64,000 nt of DNA from NCBI GenBank assembly GCA_016188295.1, contig JACPIA010000009.1, forward strand, positions 1,509 to 65,508, given 5' to 3'. Made by a program: the position numbers and the translations under genes. The notes under the pieces are model-generated. The model was not told the DNA's origin. It made no database searches and saw nothing but the letters and a program-made list of their open reading frames with translations. This DNA is from Candidatus Vogelbacteria bacterium. Lineage in GTDB: Bacteria > Patescibacteriota > Minisyncoccia > Phycocordibacterales > XYD1-FULL-46-19. Positions within the stretch are counted from its first letter, which is position 1. Every line of letters begins with the position of its first letter. Below, piece by piece: positions 1 to 10,085 of this stretch.

Positions 1-318
1 TCGACATTATTACGATCATAAATAATTCCCCGCTCAGGGTAAATGTCGGTGTGGCGCAAGTGATTATTTTTACTCCGCTCGGCATAAGCCACTCCTTTAA
101 TAATTTGGAGATAACCTAATTGGCCGATAAATAACCCTCCGATCAGTATGAACAAACCAAACAACAGATATAAAGTCGTCTTAGGAATAGCTTGTTCAAT
201 CCGTCCTTCAAATTGTTGATTATTAAATGAAGGTAAATTACTGGAATCGAGCATCACTTCGTCCGGATCCAGCGGCTCATAGTGGCGTTTACGACGCCGC
301 CAAGAATCGAATATGCTC
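1..318 (-). CDS. mrdA: Penicillin-binding protein 2 (MrdA), N-terminal part. Partial: it runs off the window start.
   Basis: Own translation of minus strand from ATG at 318: MSIFDSWRRRKRHYEPLD...TM helix...ERGIIYDRNNV, the typical PBP2 N-terminus (RG-I-DRNG). No stop before window edge. Follows mreB-mreC-mreD order. Confidence 0.55.
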
Positions 319-558
319 ATACAATTTATTGATTATAACCACCAACGCTAAAGTAGCAATGGCTGGCCACGGCCAAGTAAGTGTTTCGCCGGCCGGTACC
401 GTGTGATACCACCATTCAAAGATCAAGACCAATCCCGCTGATTCATAATAATGAGACAAAGTAACCATGGCCGCCCCAAGTAATGAGGCTGATAGCCACC
501 ACGGCAAAAAGATGAATGACAAAAAAATAATAATAGTAATACTATGACGCCAAATCAT
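289..558 (-). CDS. Small hydrophobic protein in the MreD position (MreD-like, short)
   Basis: 89-aa ORF with 2-3 hydrophobic helices, directly between mreC and the PBP2 start. Call rests on position only. Confidence 0.3.
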   Translation of the reverse strand: MIWRHSITIIIFLSFIFLPWWLSASLLGAAMVTLSHYYESAGLVLIFEWWYHTVPAGETLTWPWPAIATLALVVIINKLYEHIRFLAAS

Positions 559-1354
559 AAATAATCACCGCAGGTAATTCAAAAATATTTAACGGCGAAC
601 GAAACAAAATAGTTTGAAAAGGATTATTAGGATTATTATCGATTACTCCAACCACTCCCACCAATGACGGTGTAGTAGTGGGTACTACAATGGTATCACC
701 AACAATCACTCCAACTGCTCGTGGTAAAGAAATAGCAAAGCTACCGCCCCCACGACCAATCGCTTGTGCGGGCACTCGCCGCTGACCAACCAAAACATTT
801 AATTGTTCGCCCGGAGCCGAAAATAGACGTACTTGGCTAGTGTCGGAGCCGACAGCAGTTACTCGACCAAGTAAGACCCCGTCACTAGCCACCATCATCC
901 CGGTACTGATCGGCCGACTACTATTTTTAGATCCAACATCAACAATTAAAGTATCATAGGGTGAGCGATTAGGCTGACTAATTACCAAAGCGGGAATCCC
1001 TTGAAGGTAAACCCCACCACGGCCCCAAGCCGATTCTAGAGCTTGCCATTTGATTTGCTCGGTTTGGTGAACTATCGCTTGAACTTTTAATTTTTCATTC
1101 TCGGTAATTAAGGTCCGGTTCTCACTGACTAAAGTACGGCGAGTTTTACCGGTCTCAGCTAGAACATTTAGACTAGTATCGGCGACCGCCCCGGCCAACC
1201 ATAAAGGCCGCGACCACCATGATATTACGCCAAACAAACGTAAACCAGCCCAACCCAAAATCATTATTAAAACAAATAAACTCAAAACAACGGCCATTTG
1301 TCGCACTCGCTGTTTAAGAAAAAATTTAGCTAAACTATCGCGTTGGTAATTCAT
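542..1354 (-). CDS. mreC: Rod shape-determining protein MreC
   Basis: N-terminal basic stretch plus TM, coiled-coil (ENRTLITENEKLKVQ), C-terminal beta domain (PYDTLIVDVGS...GMMVASDGVLLGRV). Immediately downstream of mreB. Start chosen at MNYQRD; the ORF is open to 1444. Confidence 0.7.
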   Translation of the reverse strand: MNYQRDSLAKFFLKQRVRQMAVVLSLFVLIMILGWAGLRLFGVISWWSRPLWLAGAVADTSLNVLAETGKTRRTLVSENRTLITENEKLKVQAIVHQTEQIKWQALESAWGRGGVYLQGIPALVISQPNRSPYDTLIVDVGSKNSSRPISTGMMVASDGVLLGRVTAVGSDTSQVRLFSAPGEQLNVLVGQRRVPAQAIGRGGGSFAISLPRAVGVIVGDTIVVPTTTPSLVGVVGVIDNNPNNPFQTILFRSPLNIFELPAVIIYDLAS

Positions 1355-2369
1355 CTTCATCATCCAGTAGAATATCACGATATGCGGCAATGTCCTCAAG
1401 AATAACTCCCGTACCACGGACCACCGCCGTAGTTGGTTCATCAACTAAAATAATTGGAATTTGTAACTCCTTTTCGAGCAGTGCCGGCAAACCGTCAATC
1501 ATCGCACCGCCACCGACTAAAATCAAGCCCCGATGCATAATATCAGCAATCACTTCCGGCGGAGTAGTCTCCAGCACCTCTTTAATCGCTTCGACCAACA
1601 AGGTAATTGACGAAGACATAGCCTCGCGGATGTCGCCGTCAGTCACAATCACCTCCCGCGGCAAACCAGTAACTAAGTCACGACCTCGGATTGAGGCTTC
1701 ATGTGGTTCTTTGCCTTTAATCACCGAGCCAATAGCCATCTTAACATCCTCAGCTGTACGTTCACCCAGTAAAATTTTAAATTCATCTCGGATATAAGAG
1801 ATAATATCTTGATTAAGCCGATCGCCAGCCACATGTAAATTGCGTGATTTTACGATTCCGCCTAACGAAAGCACAGCAATGTCCACCGTACCACCACCGA
1901 TGTCCACCAACATTGTCCCCACTGGATCATGCACCGGCAAACGGATACCAAAAGCGGCAGCCATCGGCTTCTCGATAATATGGACTTGTCTGGCGCCGGC
2001 ATTTCTAGCAGCGTCGCGCACAGCGCGACGCTCTACATTAGTAATCCCCGACGGTACACTGATCACTACGCGTGGCCGAAAAAAGATTCGCCCTGGGATT
2101 TGGGCGACCGCCTTTTTCATAAAATAAGCAAGCATCTCCTCAGCCACCTCAAAGTTGGAAATAACACCATTAGCTAGTGGTTTAACGGCGGCAATATGGG
2201 CCGGTGTCCGACCGATCATCTTGTTAGCATCTACGCCCACCGCTACCACTCTGCTTGTTTTTTGATTCAAGGCTACAATCGACGGCTCATTTAATACAAT
2301 ACCGTGCCCCTTAACGTAAATTAAAGTAGTGGCCGTACCCAAATCGATCCCGAGATCGTGGGAAAACAT
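1335..2369 (-). CDS. mreB: Rod shape-determining actin homolog MreB
   Basis: MFSHDLGIDLGTATTLIYVKGHGIVLNEPSIVAL..., actin-fold phosphate motifs DIGGGTVD and VGGGA. Start moved to the conserved MFS; the ORF is open to 2390. Confidence 0.9.
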   Translation of the reverse strand: MFSHDLGIDLGTATTLIYVKGHGIVLNEPSIVALNQKTSRVVAVGVDANKMIGRTPAHIAAVKPLANGVISNFEVAEEMLAYFMKKAVAQIPGRIFFRPRVVISVPSGITNVERRAVRDAARNAGARQVHIIEKPMAAAFGIRLPVHDPVGTMLVDIGGGTVDIAVLSLGGIVKSRNLHVAGDRLNQDIISYIRDEFKILLGERTAEDVKMAIGSVIKGKEPHEASIRGRDLVTGLPREVIVTDGDIREAMSSSITLLVEAIKEVLETTPPEVIADIMHRGLILVGGGAMIDGLPALLEKELQIPIILVDEPTTAVVRGTGVILEDIAAYRDILLDDEDELPTR

Positions 2370-2386
2370 TTCATACCAACGTTTAA

Positions 2387-3640
2387 TCATATATTAACAG
2401 CGCGATTTAACACTTCATCTAAAGCCACCAATTCCGTTTTACCGACACCACGATTGAACCATTCCACCGAATTATTAGCTAACGTTTTGACACTGATTAC
2501 TAAACGATGAGGAATACCAATCAGATCCGCATCACCAAACTTTTCTCCCGCACCTGCTACGCGATCATCAAACAATACTTCAATATTTTTAGCTGACAAT
2601 TCTTCATAAATAGTCTTGGCTTTAGTTGTCACTACCTCATCATTACCGAGCATAATTAAATGAATAGCAAATGGAGCTACATTGTCCGGCCAATTAATAC
2701 CGGTGTCCGTACCGCATAATTCGGCAATTGTACCAAACAAACGCGTTACCCCCAAACCATAACTACCCATCACTACCGACACTCGTTCGCCAGCTTCATT
2801 GACGTAAGTAAGCCCCAAAGCCTCGGCGTATTTAGTACCCAATTTAAAAATATTGCCCACTTCAATCGCCGTCTCTTTAGATAACTCTTTTTCGTCCAAA
2901 CCCAATTCCGCTAACACTTCCGGTCTATAAACCTCATCATTAATCGCGATTTCTTTGTCCCGCGACAAATAAATAATATCCTCACCAGCCGAGCAGATCG
3001 CTTGGAATTCGTGACTGTATTTACTAAAAGTACCACCCGAAGCGAAAGTTAAAAAAGTTTGAGCCCCAATCCCTACTCGATCAAACACTCGCCGATAGGC
3101 CACTTTAGCTTTTTCATAAAAAGTATCCAGTCCAGCTTGATCCACATTAAAGGAGTATAAGTCCTTCATCAAAAACTCACGTCCGCGTAAAATACCGCTT
3201 TTGGCTCGGACCTCATTGCGGAATTTGGTTTGGATTTGGTAAACATACACCGGCAAATCACGATAAGATTGAATGTGATCAATCATCAATTTAGCGAGTG
3301 GCTCCTCGTGAGTAAAACCTAAACCAAGTTCAGTGTCATTTTTTAATTTAGTTTTAAACCAATTGTCCACCACCTCATCACTCCAACGACCAGAGGCCTG
3401 CCAGACCGCTGGATCTTGGAGTGTCGCCAATCGTAATTCTTGACCCCCGATTTTATTCATTTCCTCACGGATAATTTGACTGATTTTATCCAACACGCGC
3501 AAACCTAATGGTAACAAGACATAGACCCCCGCCAATGACTTAGCAATAAAACCACCGCGAATCAATAACTTGGCATTTTTAGCCACCTCATCTTTAGGAT
3601 CCTCCCGCCGCGTCTTGGTAAACAGCTGTGATTGCAACAT
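2387..3640 (-). CDS. proS: Prolyl-tRNA synthetase, short bacterial form without the editing insertion
   Basis: N-terminus LFTKTRREDPKDEVAKNAKLLIRGGFI, class II core motifs, C-terminal anticodon-binding domain. 417 aa. Confidence 0.85.
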   Translation of the reverse strand: MLQSQLFTKTRREDPKDEVAKNAKLLIRGGFIAKSLAGVYVLLPLGLRVLDKISQIIREEMNKIGGQELRLATLQDPAVWQASGRWSDEVVDNWFKTKLKNDTELGLGFTHEEPLAKLMIDHIQSYRDLPVYVYQIQTKFRNEVRAKSGILRGREFLMKDLYSFNVDQAGLDTFYEKAKVAYRRVFDRVGIGAQTFLTFASGGTFSKYSHEFQAICSAGEDIIYLSRDKEIAINDEVYRPEVLAELGLDEKELSKETAIEVGNIFKLGTKYAEALGLTYVNEAGERVSVVMGSYGLGVTRLFGTIAELCGTDTGINWPDNVAPFAIHLIMLGNDEVVTTKAKTIYEELSAKNIEVLFDDRVAGAGEKFGDADLIGIPHRLVISVKTLANNSVEWFNRGVGKTELVALDEVLNRAVNI

Positions 3641-3684
3641 ATTCTCCTATCTTACTGCAGAACCAAATAAAAAGAAAATATTGG

Positions 3685-4788
3685 TTAAAGTAATCGACTG
3701 ATGTCGTGCCAGGTAACTACAAACATTAGACTAAGTAGTAAAACAAAACCGATTAAATTTAAAATATTGGCAATTCGCGGTTTAATCGGTGAACCCTTAA
3801 TGGACTCAATTAAGACAAAAAGTAGACGTCCTCCATCTAGAGCCGGGAATGGGATTAAATTAAGGACCGCCAAGTTGATGGAAATAAAAGCCACAAATGA
3901 GAGTAAGTAAGCCAAACCAAGAGTCCGGGCATCACCGACTAAACCAGCCAAACCGACCGGTCCAGTCACCGAGTCAAGTGTGGCCAGACCTTGGACCGCT
4001 TGTACCGCCAAATGCCCTAAACCCTGGACTGTTAACTTAGTTAGAGAGATCGTCATCTTAAACGCTTGCCAAGGTGCTTGCCACCACGCAAAAGCAACTG
4101 TACCCACTTGTCCCAGTATCACCCCAAGAGCGGGTTGATTTGGCGCTCCGGCAATCAAGCCCATTTCGGGTTTTACTCGATAATCAACTGTCTCTCCTTT
4201 TGAGGTAACCACTTTTATACTCAGACCATCGCCACTAGTGCTAATAAAATTAATTGCTTGTTTAGCACTAGTGGGCACTAACTCTTCGCCAGCTCGGGTT
4301 AGTAAGAGGACTTGATCGCCGGTTTTAAGACCCACTTTAGCGGCTGGCGTACCTGGCACTATCGTTAAAATAGTTAAGTGGATGTCTTCAACAATGGCAC
4401 TAGCCGGCACACCTTCGACACTCATCGGCACACCGACCCCTAGAGCGATACTCAAAAACAACCAAGCTAAAATAATATTGGCGGTCACTCCTGCTATTAA
4501 TACTAGTGCTTGAGTCCATTTAGATTTAGCGATCAAACTGTCGGGAGTCGAAGTTACCCCCGACACTAGCTCCTCCGGTGTCTCGCCAAAAATACGAACA
4601 AAACCGCCAAATGGGATTAAATTAAGCGAGTAGAGTGTTTCCCCATAACGGATACCAAAAACTTTAGGGGGAAAGCCTAGTCCAAACTCATCCACTCTAA
4701 TACCCGACCACTTAGCTACCACAAAGTGACCCAGCTCGTGGAAAAAGACAAGTACCGCCAAAATAATCAAAAAAATAATGACGGTCAT
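3685..4788 (-). CDS. rseP: Site-2 zinc metalloprotease RseP/RasP with PDZ domain
   Basis: HELGHFVVAK (HExxH) in first TM, central PDZ-like segment, C-terminal LDGG motif (ALDGGRLLF). Confidence 0.85.
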   Translation of the reverse strand: MTVIIFLIILAVLVFFHELGHFVVAKWSGIRVDEFGLGFPPKVFGIRYGETLYSLNLIPFGGFVRIFGETPEELVSGVTSTPDSLIAKSKWTQALVLIAGVTANIILAWLFLSIALGVGVPMSVEGVPASAIVEDIHLTILTIVPGTPAAKVGLKTGDQVLLLTRAGEELVPTSAKQAINFISTSGDGLSIKVVTSKGETVDYRVKPEMGLIAGAPNQPALGVILGQVGTVAFAWWQAPWQAFKMTISLTKLTVQGLGHLAVQAVQGLATLDSVTGPVGLAGLVGDARTLGLAYLLSFVAFISINLAVLNLIPFPALDGGRLLFVLIESIKGSPIKPRIANILNLIGFVLLLSLMFVVTWHDISRLL

Positions 4789-5339
4789 TCGTTTAATATC
4801 TCAATTTCACGCTTGTCAGCACTAACTTCCAATTTACTATTACCATCGTCAACCAACTTTTGTAACTCGGTTTTATAACGTCGCTCATCATCCTCACTTA
4901 ACTCACCCGCCTTACGTCTGGTTGATAAATCAGAGAGTATCTTCTCTCGCTCTTGGCGTAATGAAATTTTAGCCTCTTCTAATTTAGCTTTTAAGGTTTT
5001 AACCAACATCTTGCGTCGCTCTTCAGTTAACGGCGGAAAATTGAGCCGCAATCCCGATCCATCAGCTACCGCATTAACACCCAAATTAGAGGCCGCTACC
5101 GCTGACTCAATCGTTTTAATTTGACTGTGATCCCAAGGATTAATCCGTAAGGTCCGAGCATCCTCGATTGAAATCACTGCTATATGTTTAAGTGGTGTCA
5201 GAATACCATAAGATTCGACCATAACGTGGTCCAGCAACCCCGGTGTGGCTCGACCAGTGCGTAACGAAGCCGATTCGTTAGTAAACCACCCTAAGACGGA
5301 CGCAACGCGTTGTTGGAAAGGAGAAAAAGAATAATTCAT
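4785..5339 (-). CDS. frr: Ribosome recycling factor
   Basis: RTGRATPGLLDHVMVESYG...LNFPPLTEERRKMLVK, 184 aa. Confidence 0.9.
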   Translation of the reverse strand: MNYSFSPFQQRVASVLGWFTNESASLRTGRATPGLLDHVMVESYGILTPLKHIAVISIEDARTLRINPWDHSQIKTIESAVAASNLGVNAVADGSGLRLNFPPLTEERRKMLVKTLKAKLEEAKISLRQEREKILSDLSTRRKAGELSEDDERRYKTELQKLVDDGNSKLEVSADKREIEILNE

Positions 5340-5350
5340 GACTATTTTAA

Positions 5351-6061
5351 CTATTTACTCTGATTGTAAGATACTGGTAATACGAGCGCAAGTTCTTCTA
5401 ATAATAATTTAGGGATACTACCCGGAATTGAGAGCCAGTGCCTAGCTTCAGCAATCACTTCGCTACCATGATTGGTTAAATTTTGAGCAAATTCCCGCTC
5501 TAGTAACGCTAACCAAACTCCTAATTTAGCCTTGCGCTCAGCGCCTTCATCCTCAGCGAGCAAATTCTCGATAATTACTAAACGTTTACTCACTGGCGAG
5601 ATCAGAAAATCAGTGACTGATTTAAGTAAAACATGAGCCAATGGATTAACCCAAAGACCAGTGTCCACTACGCGCACTCGCGAGAGTAAAGTAGGCAATA
5701 ATGAAGCATTACCCTCGATAATAAAAAAGAAATGAGTATCAGTAGTAGGTTCCTCGAGGGTTTTGAGTAATACGTTTTGCGCTTCACGAGTAAGTGTTAG
5801 ACAACTAATTACAAAAAATTTTTTACCATCGGCATAGGCTCGGCGTGACTGCAACACCGTCAACTCGCGAGCCTCCTCAATCCCTAGACTGTCATACTCG
5901 CGCAAGTAAAAATCAGGATAACTGACTAAAGAGGCACCGGCTAATAACTGCTGGCTGATAAATTGATCTAAAACCTCACGCACTAAAACCCGATCTCCTT
6001 TTAAGATGTAAGCGGAATATAAACTGCCATTATTTCCAATTAACTTTGATGAAACGTCCAT
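5351..6061 (-). CDS. holB: DNA polymerase III delta-prime-like clamp-loader subunit
   Basis: AQNVLLKTLEEPTTDTHFFFIIEGNASLLPTLLSRVRVV matches the delta-prime sensor region (NALLKTLEEP...LPTIxSRC). No P-loop, as is usual for delta-prime. Confidence 0.55.
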   Translation of the reverse strand: MDVSSKLIGNNGSLYSAYILKGDRVLVREVLDQFISQQLLAGASLVSYPDFYLREYDSLGIEEARELTVLQSRRAYADGKKFFVISCLTLTREAQNVLLKTLEEPTTDTHFFFIIEGNASLLPTLLSRVRVVDTGLWVNPLAHVLLKSVTDFLISPVSKRLVIIENLLAEDEGAERKAKLGVWLALLEREFAQNLTNHGSEVIAEARHWLSIPGSIPKLLLEELALVLPVSYNQSK

Positions 6062-7095
6062 TATTTTGAGATAATACTTTTTTTGTAAGTATCTAAATGC
6101 TCAAGGGCCACTCCAGTACCTTTAACCACGCAATAAAGCGGATCATCAGCGAGTATCGCTTTAACCCCCGTGCGCCGATACACTAACTCTGGTAAGTGAC
6201 GTAATTGCGACGAGCCGCCGGTCATGGTGATACCTCGATCAATAATGTCGGAGGAGAGCTCTGGTGGCGTGTCATGAAAAACGGTTTTAATCGCTTTAAT
6301 CATTTCTCGTAGTTCATTGTCGATCGCACGACAAATCTCATTGGTTTTAACTTCCACCGAACGCGGTAAACCAGTCATAAAATCTCGACCCTTAATGGTG
6401 TAAATCAGCTCTTCTTCCACTGGTACAGCACTGCCAATAGCAATTTTTACTTCCTCAGCTGTCTTGTCACCAATCGCCAAATTAAACGTCTTTTTGATGT
6501 AATCAGCAATTGCTTGATCAATTTTATTACCAGCATATTTGACAGAGGTAGAGGCAACAATACCACCTAAAGAGATAACAGCGACATCGGTAGTACCACC
6601 ACCAATGTCTACAATCATATGACCATGAGCCTCGTAAATAGGAATACCGGCACCGATGGCGGCCAAAATCGGTTCTTTAACTACATAGGCATTTTTGGCG
6701 CCAGCTTTGACTGTAGCCTCAATAACCGCTCGCCGCTCGGTCGAGGTCACACCAGCTGGCACCGAAACTAAAACATCGGGTTTAAAGATGTTCCACCGAC
6801 CTAGTGCTTTGCTGATATAATATTTAAGCATCACCTCAGTAACACGGTAATCAGCAATGACACCATCTTTCATTGGCCGATAAGCCACAATATTGTCGGG
6901 CGTCTTGCCAACCATCTCTTTAGCCTCTGCACCAACCGCAACAACCTTGTTATCAATTTCAGAAATAGCCACTACTGATGGCTCATTTAACACAATCCCC
7001 TGTCCGGGCAAAAAAACCAAGGTATTAGCCGTCCCTAAATCAATTCCTAATTTAGGTTTAAAGTTTATAGACATTTCCCCGTCATTATGTCCCAT
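6061..7095 (-). CDS. Second MreB/Mbl-type actin homolog
   Basis: MSINFKPKLGIDLGTANTLVFLPGQGIVLNEPSVVAI..., DIGGGTTD, MTGGSS. Likely true start at MSINF (7074). Confidence 0.85.
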   Translation of the reverse strand: MGHNDGEMSINFKPKLGIDLGTANTLVFLPGQGIVLNEPSVVAISEIDNKVVAVGAEAKEMVGKTPDNIVAYRPMKDGVIADYRVTEVMLKYYISKALGRWNIFKPDVLVSVPAGVTSTERRAVIEATVKAGAKNAYVVKEPILAAIGAGIPIYEAHGHMIVDIGGGTTDVAVISLGGIVASTSVKYAGNKIDQAIADYIKKTFNLAIGDKTAEEVKIAIGSAVPVEEELIYTIKGRDFMTGLPRSVEVKTNEICRAIDNELREMIKAIKTVFHDTPPELSSDIIDRGITMTGGSSQLRHLPELVYRRTGVKAILADDPLYCVVKGTGVALEHLDTYKKSIISK

Positions 7096-7148
7096 TCTCG
7101 CCCTCGGAGCAACTTGACTAAAATTGGAGAAAAAGAAAAGCCACTTAA

Positions 7149-7162
7149 TATGTCATGACATA
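7149..7162. promoter_or_regulatory. Perfect 14-bp palindrome TATGTCATGACATA in the promoter region of the second mreB
   Basis: Read directly. Lies about 55 nt upstream of the mreB2 start codon in a 200-nt intergenic region. Candidate operator. Confidence 0.2.
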
Positions 7163-7239
7163 AATCACGTCATATCATTTTTCTAAATATCCTTATTTTT
7201 GACGACCGTCTAATATAAGGATGAAATATTGAATTACAA

Positions 7240-7262
7240 CCACAGAGGACCGTCCTATGTGG
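7240..7262. repeat. Solo REP-like palindromic hairpin (CCACAGAGGA-CCG-TCCTATGTGG)
   Basis: Matches, with one mismatch, the hairpins that flank the Y1 transposase gene at 35668-35696 and 36361-36383. Confidence 0.55.
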
Positions 7263-7299
7263 TAAAGGATGTGGTGTAATAAAAACAACAAACCCGCCT

Positions 7300-9342
7300 C
7301 TATTGTGTCAAATTGGGAACTGAGGTGGGAACCACTGGCTCGGGTGGCAAAATATTATGGTCAACAGTGATATCGCTGTCCCAAGTGCCACGAGAGAGAG
7401 TGGTGGGTGGCGATTGGTACACTTTTTTGTAAGAACCATCGGATCGTTTTTCTTCAATCGAAAGCGAGTAGACACCGGGACGAACGAGAACATAAAAACG
7501 GCCAAGACCATCAGCCACCACATGTTTTACTTCTTGATTTAAATCCGGGATCGAGAGTCGAATAATCGCAAACGGAATTGGTAATTTAGTCTCACGCCAA
7601 GTAATAGCGCGAACATGTCGTTTAATCCCCCACAGACGTTCCAACACTGCCAATAAAACGTAAGCCGCTAATAGGCCAAAGGAGAGCCAACTTGGCGCGT
7701 AAGTGGCACTACCTACTGCCGTTAATAAGCCAATAGCATAAATACTCTTTTGGATTCGCGCTCTAATTAATTCTTTTTTAGCATTAGCCACTAGAGTGGT
7801 AGACTGACTTTTAGTAAACTCGTTCCAGTCAAAACCAATCGGATCAAGTGGTACATTGCGGTCAATCACTTCATCAGGACCAGTAACGAAAGATTCTCCA
7901 AAATATAAGTTGCCATAAAGCTCATCAGCACTACGTCCAGCCAAAGTAGTCGAAGGAAATTGGTAATGGGTCTTTCCGGCCTTAAGAGTATAGGTACCAG
8001 GTGGAAGAAAAAAGCCATAGCGTCCATCAATATCGGTAATAGCACTCGACATTTCTTTACCCTCCTGTTCGATGGTGACATAGGCCGGGTCAATTGGTTG
8101 TTTAGTCACCGCATCATAGACAGTACCCCATGGTTTATGCTTTTTTCTGAAGCCTAAATAACCAGATAGAGCTCCCAAGGCGCGCAAAATAATCAAATAT
8201 AGATCGTACCAAGAACCAATCGCACTGAGGGGCACTAAAATTTGGGCCGAACCAACCAGTAAACCAGCGCCGACCACTAAAGGAGCTACCACTTGTTCCA
8301 CGATGGTAACCGGTATTAAGGCGACAGCTCCCTCAACTTGTAAGTGACCAGTGATCCGTTTTAGACTTTGATTGTTATAATTGATAATGTAAATAGCGAC
8401 CGGATATTTACCCCCGGCACCTAGTGGAGCAATTGTCGCCGAATAGCCTTTACCATCAGCGGTCAATTTAAGTAAAAAAGAAAAACTACTTTTAGGATTT
8501 AACGGATTAGAAATAGTGACCCCAATCGTTTTTAACACTTCCGGCACTTGCTCGTAGGATAAGTAAATGGTAGTCTCCTTATCCGCTCGCAATAAAATCG
8601 TCTCTCCAGCTTTAAGATATTGTGGTGGTTGTCCCGATTGATAAAAGACAAACCCCTCAATCTCAAAGTCGCTACGACCAGCACTTGGTAAATCAGCAAA
8701 TGGATCAATTGGTGACTCAGTAATTGGCGGGCAATCATCGCTGACACATTCTTCTGGTGGTTCTTCACAATCATCACCAATACATGGCTCATCAGGATTG
8801 GTTAGGGGGACAGTCGCTTGGGCGACCGCACCCGAGGAATAAGCATCAGTGTTCGAACGAACAAAAGCGGTGTAATAATAAGTGATACCAGGGTCAACTA
8901 AAATGTCGATCACTGCCTCGCTTGTGCCATCGTAAATTAAAGTACCTTGATCTGGAGCGGTAATAAATGAGTCGGTAGAGCGGACAATACGTACGGCGGT
9001 AAAATCGGTAAAACTGGGATTATGCCAAGTTAAATCAATGTTTTGACTATCGCTGTTATAAACTGCCTGAAAATTGGTAACGTTTGGAATGGTAGTAGCA
9101 TAAATACAACTACCATCATCTTCATCAGCATTGGCATCATAATTTAGAGCCGTTGGATCGATACAACCGGGTGTCGATCCTCCCCCTCCACCACAATCTT
9201 CAGTACACCCCCCTCCACTAGTCACGGTCCCACTAACATTTATCGCATCGGAGGCGGTCTGGGCATAAGCACTGATATTAAAAATATTGAAGAATAACAC
9301 CAAACTAGCTAATAAGTAAAAATTAAAAAAGTGGCATCGCAT
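7300..9342 (-). CDS. Large secreted/membrane surface protein
   Basis: Signal peptide. Gly/Cys-rich segment (CIDPTALNYDANADEDDGSC). Fn3-like segment (NIDLTWHNPSFTDFTAVRIVRS). Internal TM helices. Two CarboxypepD_reg/Cna-B-like beta-sandwich segments (DIDGRYGFFLPPGTYTL; DGLGRFYVLVRPGVYSL). Translationally coupled to the upstream genes. Confidence 0.6.
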   Translation of the reverse strand: MRCHFFNFYLLASLVLFFNIFNISAYAQTASDAINVSGTVTSGGGCTEDCGGGGGSTPGCIDPTALNYDANADEDDGSCIYATTIPNVTNFQAVYNSDSQNIDLTWHNPSFTDFTAVRIVRSTDSFITAPDQGTLIYDGTSEAVIDILVDPGITYYYTAFVRSNTDAYSSGAVAQATVPLTNPDEPCIGDDCEEPPEECVSDDCPPITESPIDPFADLPSAGRSDFEIEGFVFYQSGQPPQYLKAGETILLRADKETTIYLSYEQVPEVLKTIGVTISNPLNPKSSFSFLLKLTADGKGYSATIAPLGAGGKYPVAIYIINYNNQSLKRITGHLQVEGAVALIPVTIVEQVVAPLVVGAGLLVGSAQILVPLSAIGSWYDLYLIILRALGALSGYLGFRKKHKPWGTVYDAVTKQPIDPAYVTIEQEGKEMSSAITDIDGRYGFFLPPGTYTLKAGKTHYQFPSTTLAGRSADELYGNLYFGESFVTGPDEVIDRNVPLDPIGFDWNEFTKSQSTTLVANAKKELIRARIQKSIYAIGLLTAVGSATYAPSWLSFGLLAAYVLLAVLERLWGIKRHVRAITWRETKLPIPFAIIRLSIPDLNQEVKHVVADGLGRFYVLVRPGVYSLSIEEKRSDGSYKKVYQSPPTTLSRGTWDSDITVDHNILPPEPVVPTSVPNLTQ

Positions 9343-9347
9343 AATTT

Positions 9348-10085
9348 TTAGAGAGCCGTAGCGGTGACGGTAATAGCGGCCGAGTAAACACCGGTGGCCG
9401 GCGTGGCACTAGCTCCCGCCTCGGCTCTAAAGCGAACTAAGGTGTCAGTACCACTGGTCGCTGATGTTTTTCGACTAATTGTTTGATCAGTAGTGGTTAA
9501 AGCGGTCCAACAACTACTAGCAGTGTCACTGCTACCAGCATTGCAACTGGTTCCATTATCTTTAAAAGCGGCCACAATATCAGTCCCCTCCGGAGTAAAA
9601 CCAAATTCTTTAGCCGTGGCCGCTACGGTCCAAGTAAAATCAGGATCAACACCGGTCGGCCCATAATTGGCGAAATTATTACCACTAGAGGTAAAGGCCG
9701 GGCTGGCCCCCGCTTTGATTGCTAAGGTATAACCAGCGGCATTATCAGTTGATACTGTCCAAGTGGCACTACCGTTAGCTTGGCCACCGTCAGTGTCAGT
9801 GATCGTCCCACTCAAGGTAACATCCGCCGGTGCTGTGATCGACAAAGTTCCGCCTTGCATCGCTTGGTAACCAGCATGGAGATTATAGCTAGCACTGGTA
9901 GAAGTGCCAGTACCAAGTTCCCCGACGGTGTCCTCCATTACAAAGTTAGCCGAATTTGAACGCACTCCAGCAAAATTAATACTGTCACTTTGTAACCGAT
10001 AATTAGAACTGGCCGCCACATAAGCTAAGGCCATTGAAGAAGTCAGACTAAACAAGCAAATAATCGCCAAAAGATACCGGATCAT
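9348..10085 (-). CDS. Secreted Thr/Ser/Gly-rich surface protein
   Basis: Signal peptide MIRYLLAIICLFSLTSSMALA, then a low-complexity beta-rich sequence. Third gene of a coupled 4-gene operon. Confidence 0.5.
   Translation of the reverse strand: MIRYLLAIICLFSLTSSMALAYVAASSNYRLQSDSINFAGVRSNSANFVMEDTVGELGTGTSTSASYNLHAGYQAMQGGTLSITAPADVTLSGTITDTDGGQANGSATWTVSTDNAAGYTLAIKAGASPAFTSSGNNFANYGPTGVDPDFTWTVAATAKEFGFTPEGTDIVAAFKDNGTSCNAGSSDTASSCWTALTTTDQTISRKTSATSGTDTLVRFRAEAGASATPATGVYSAAITVTATAL

Noticed and set aside
1390-2177. Plus-strand ORFs 1390..1797, 1840..2127, 1929..2177
   Set aside because: They are antisense to the well-supported mreB gene, and their translations are low-complexity.
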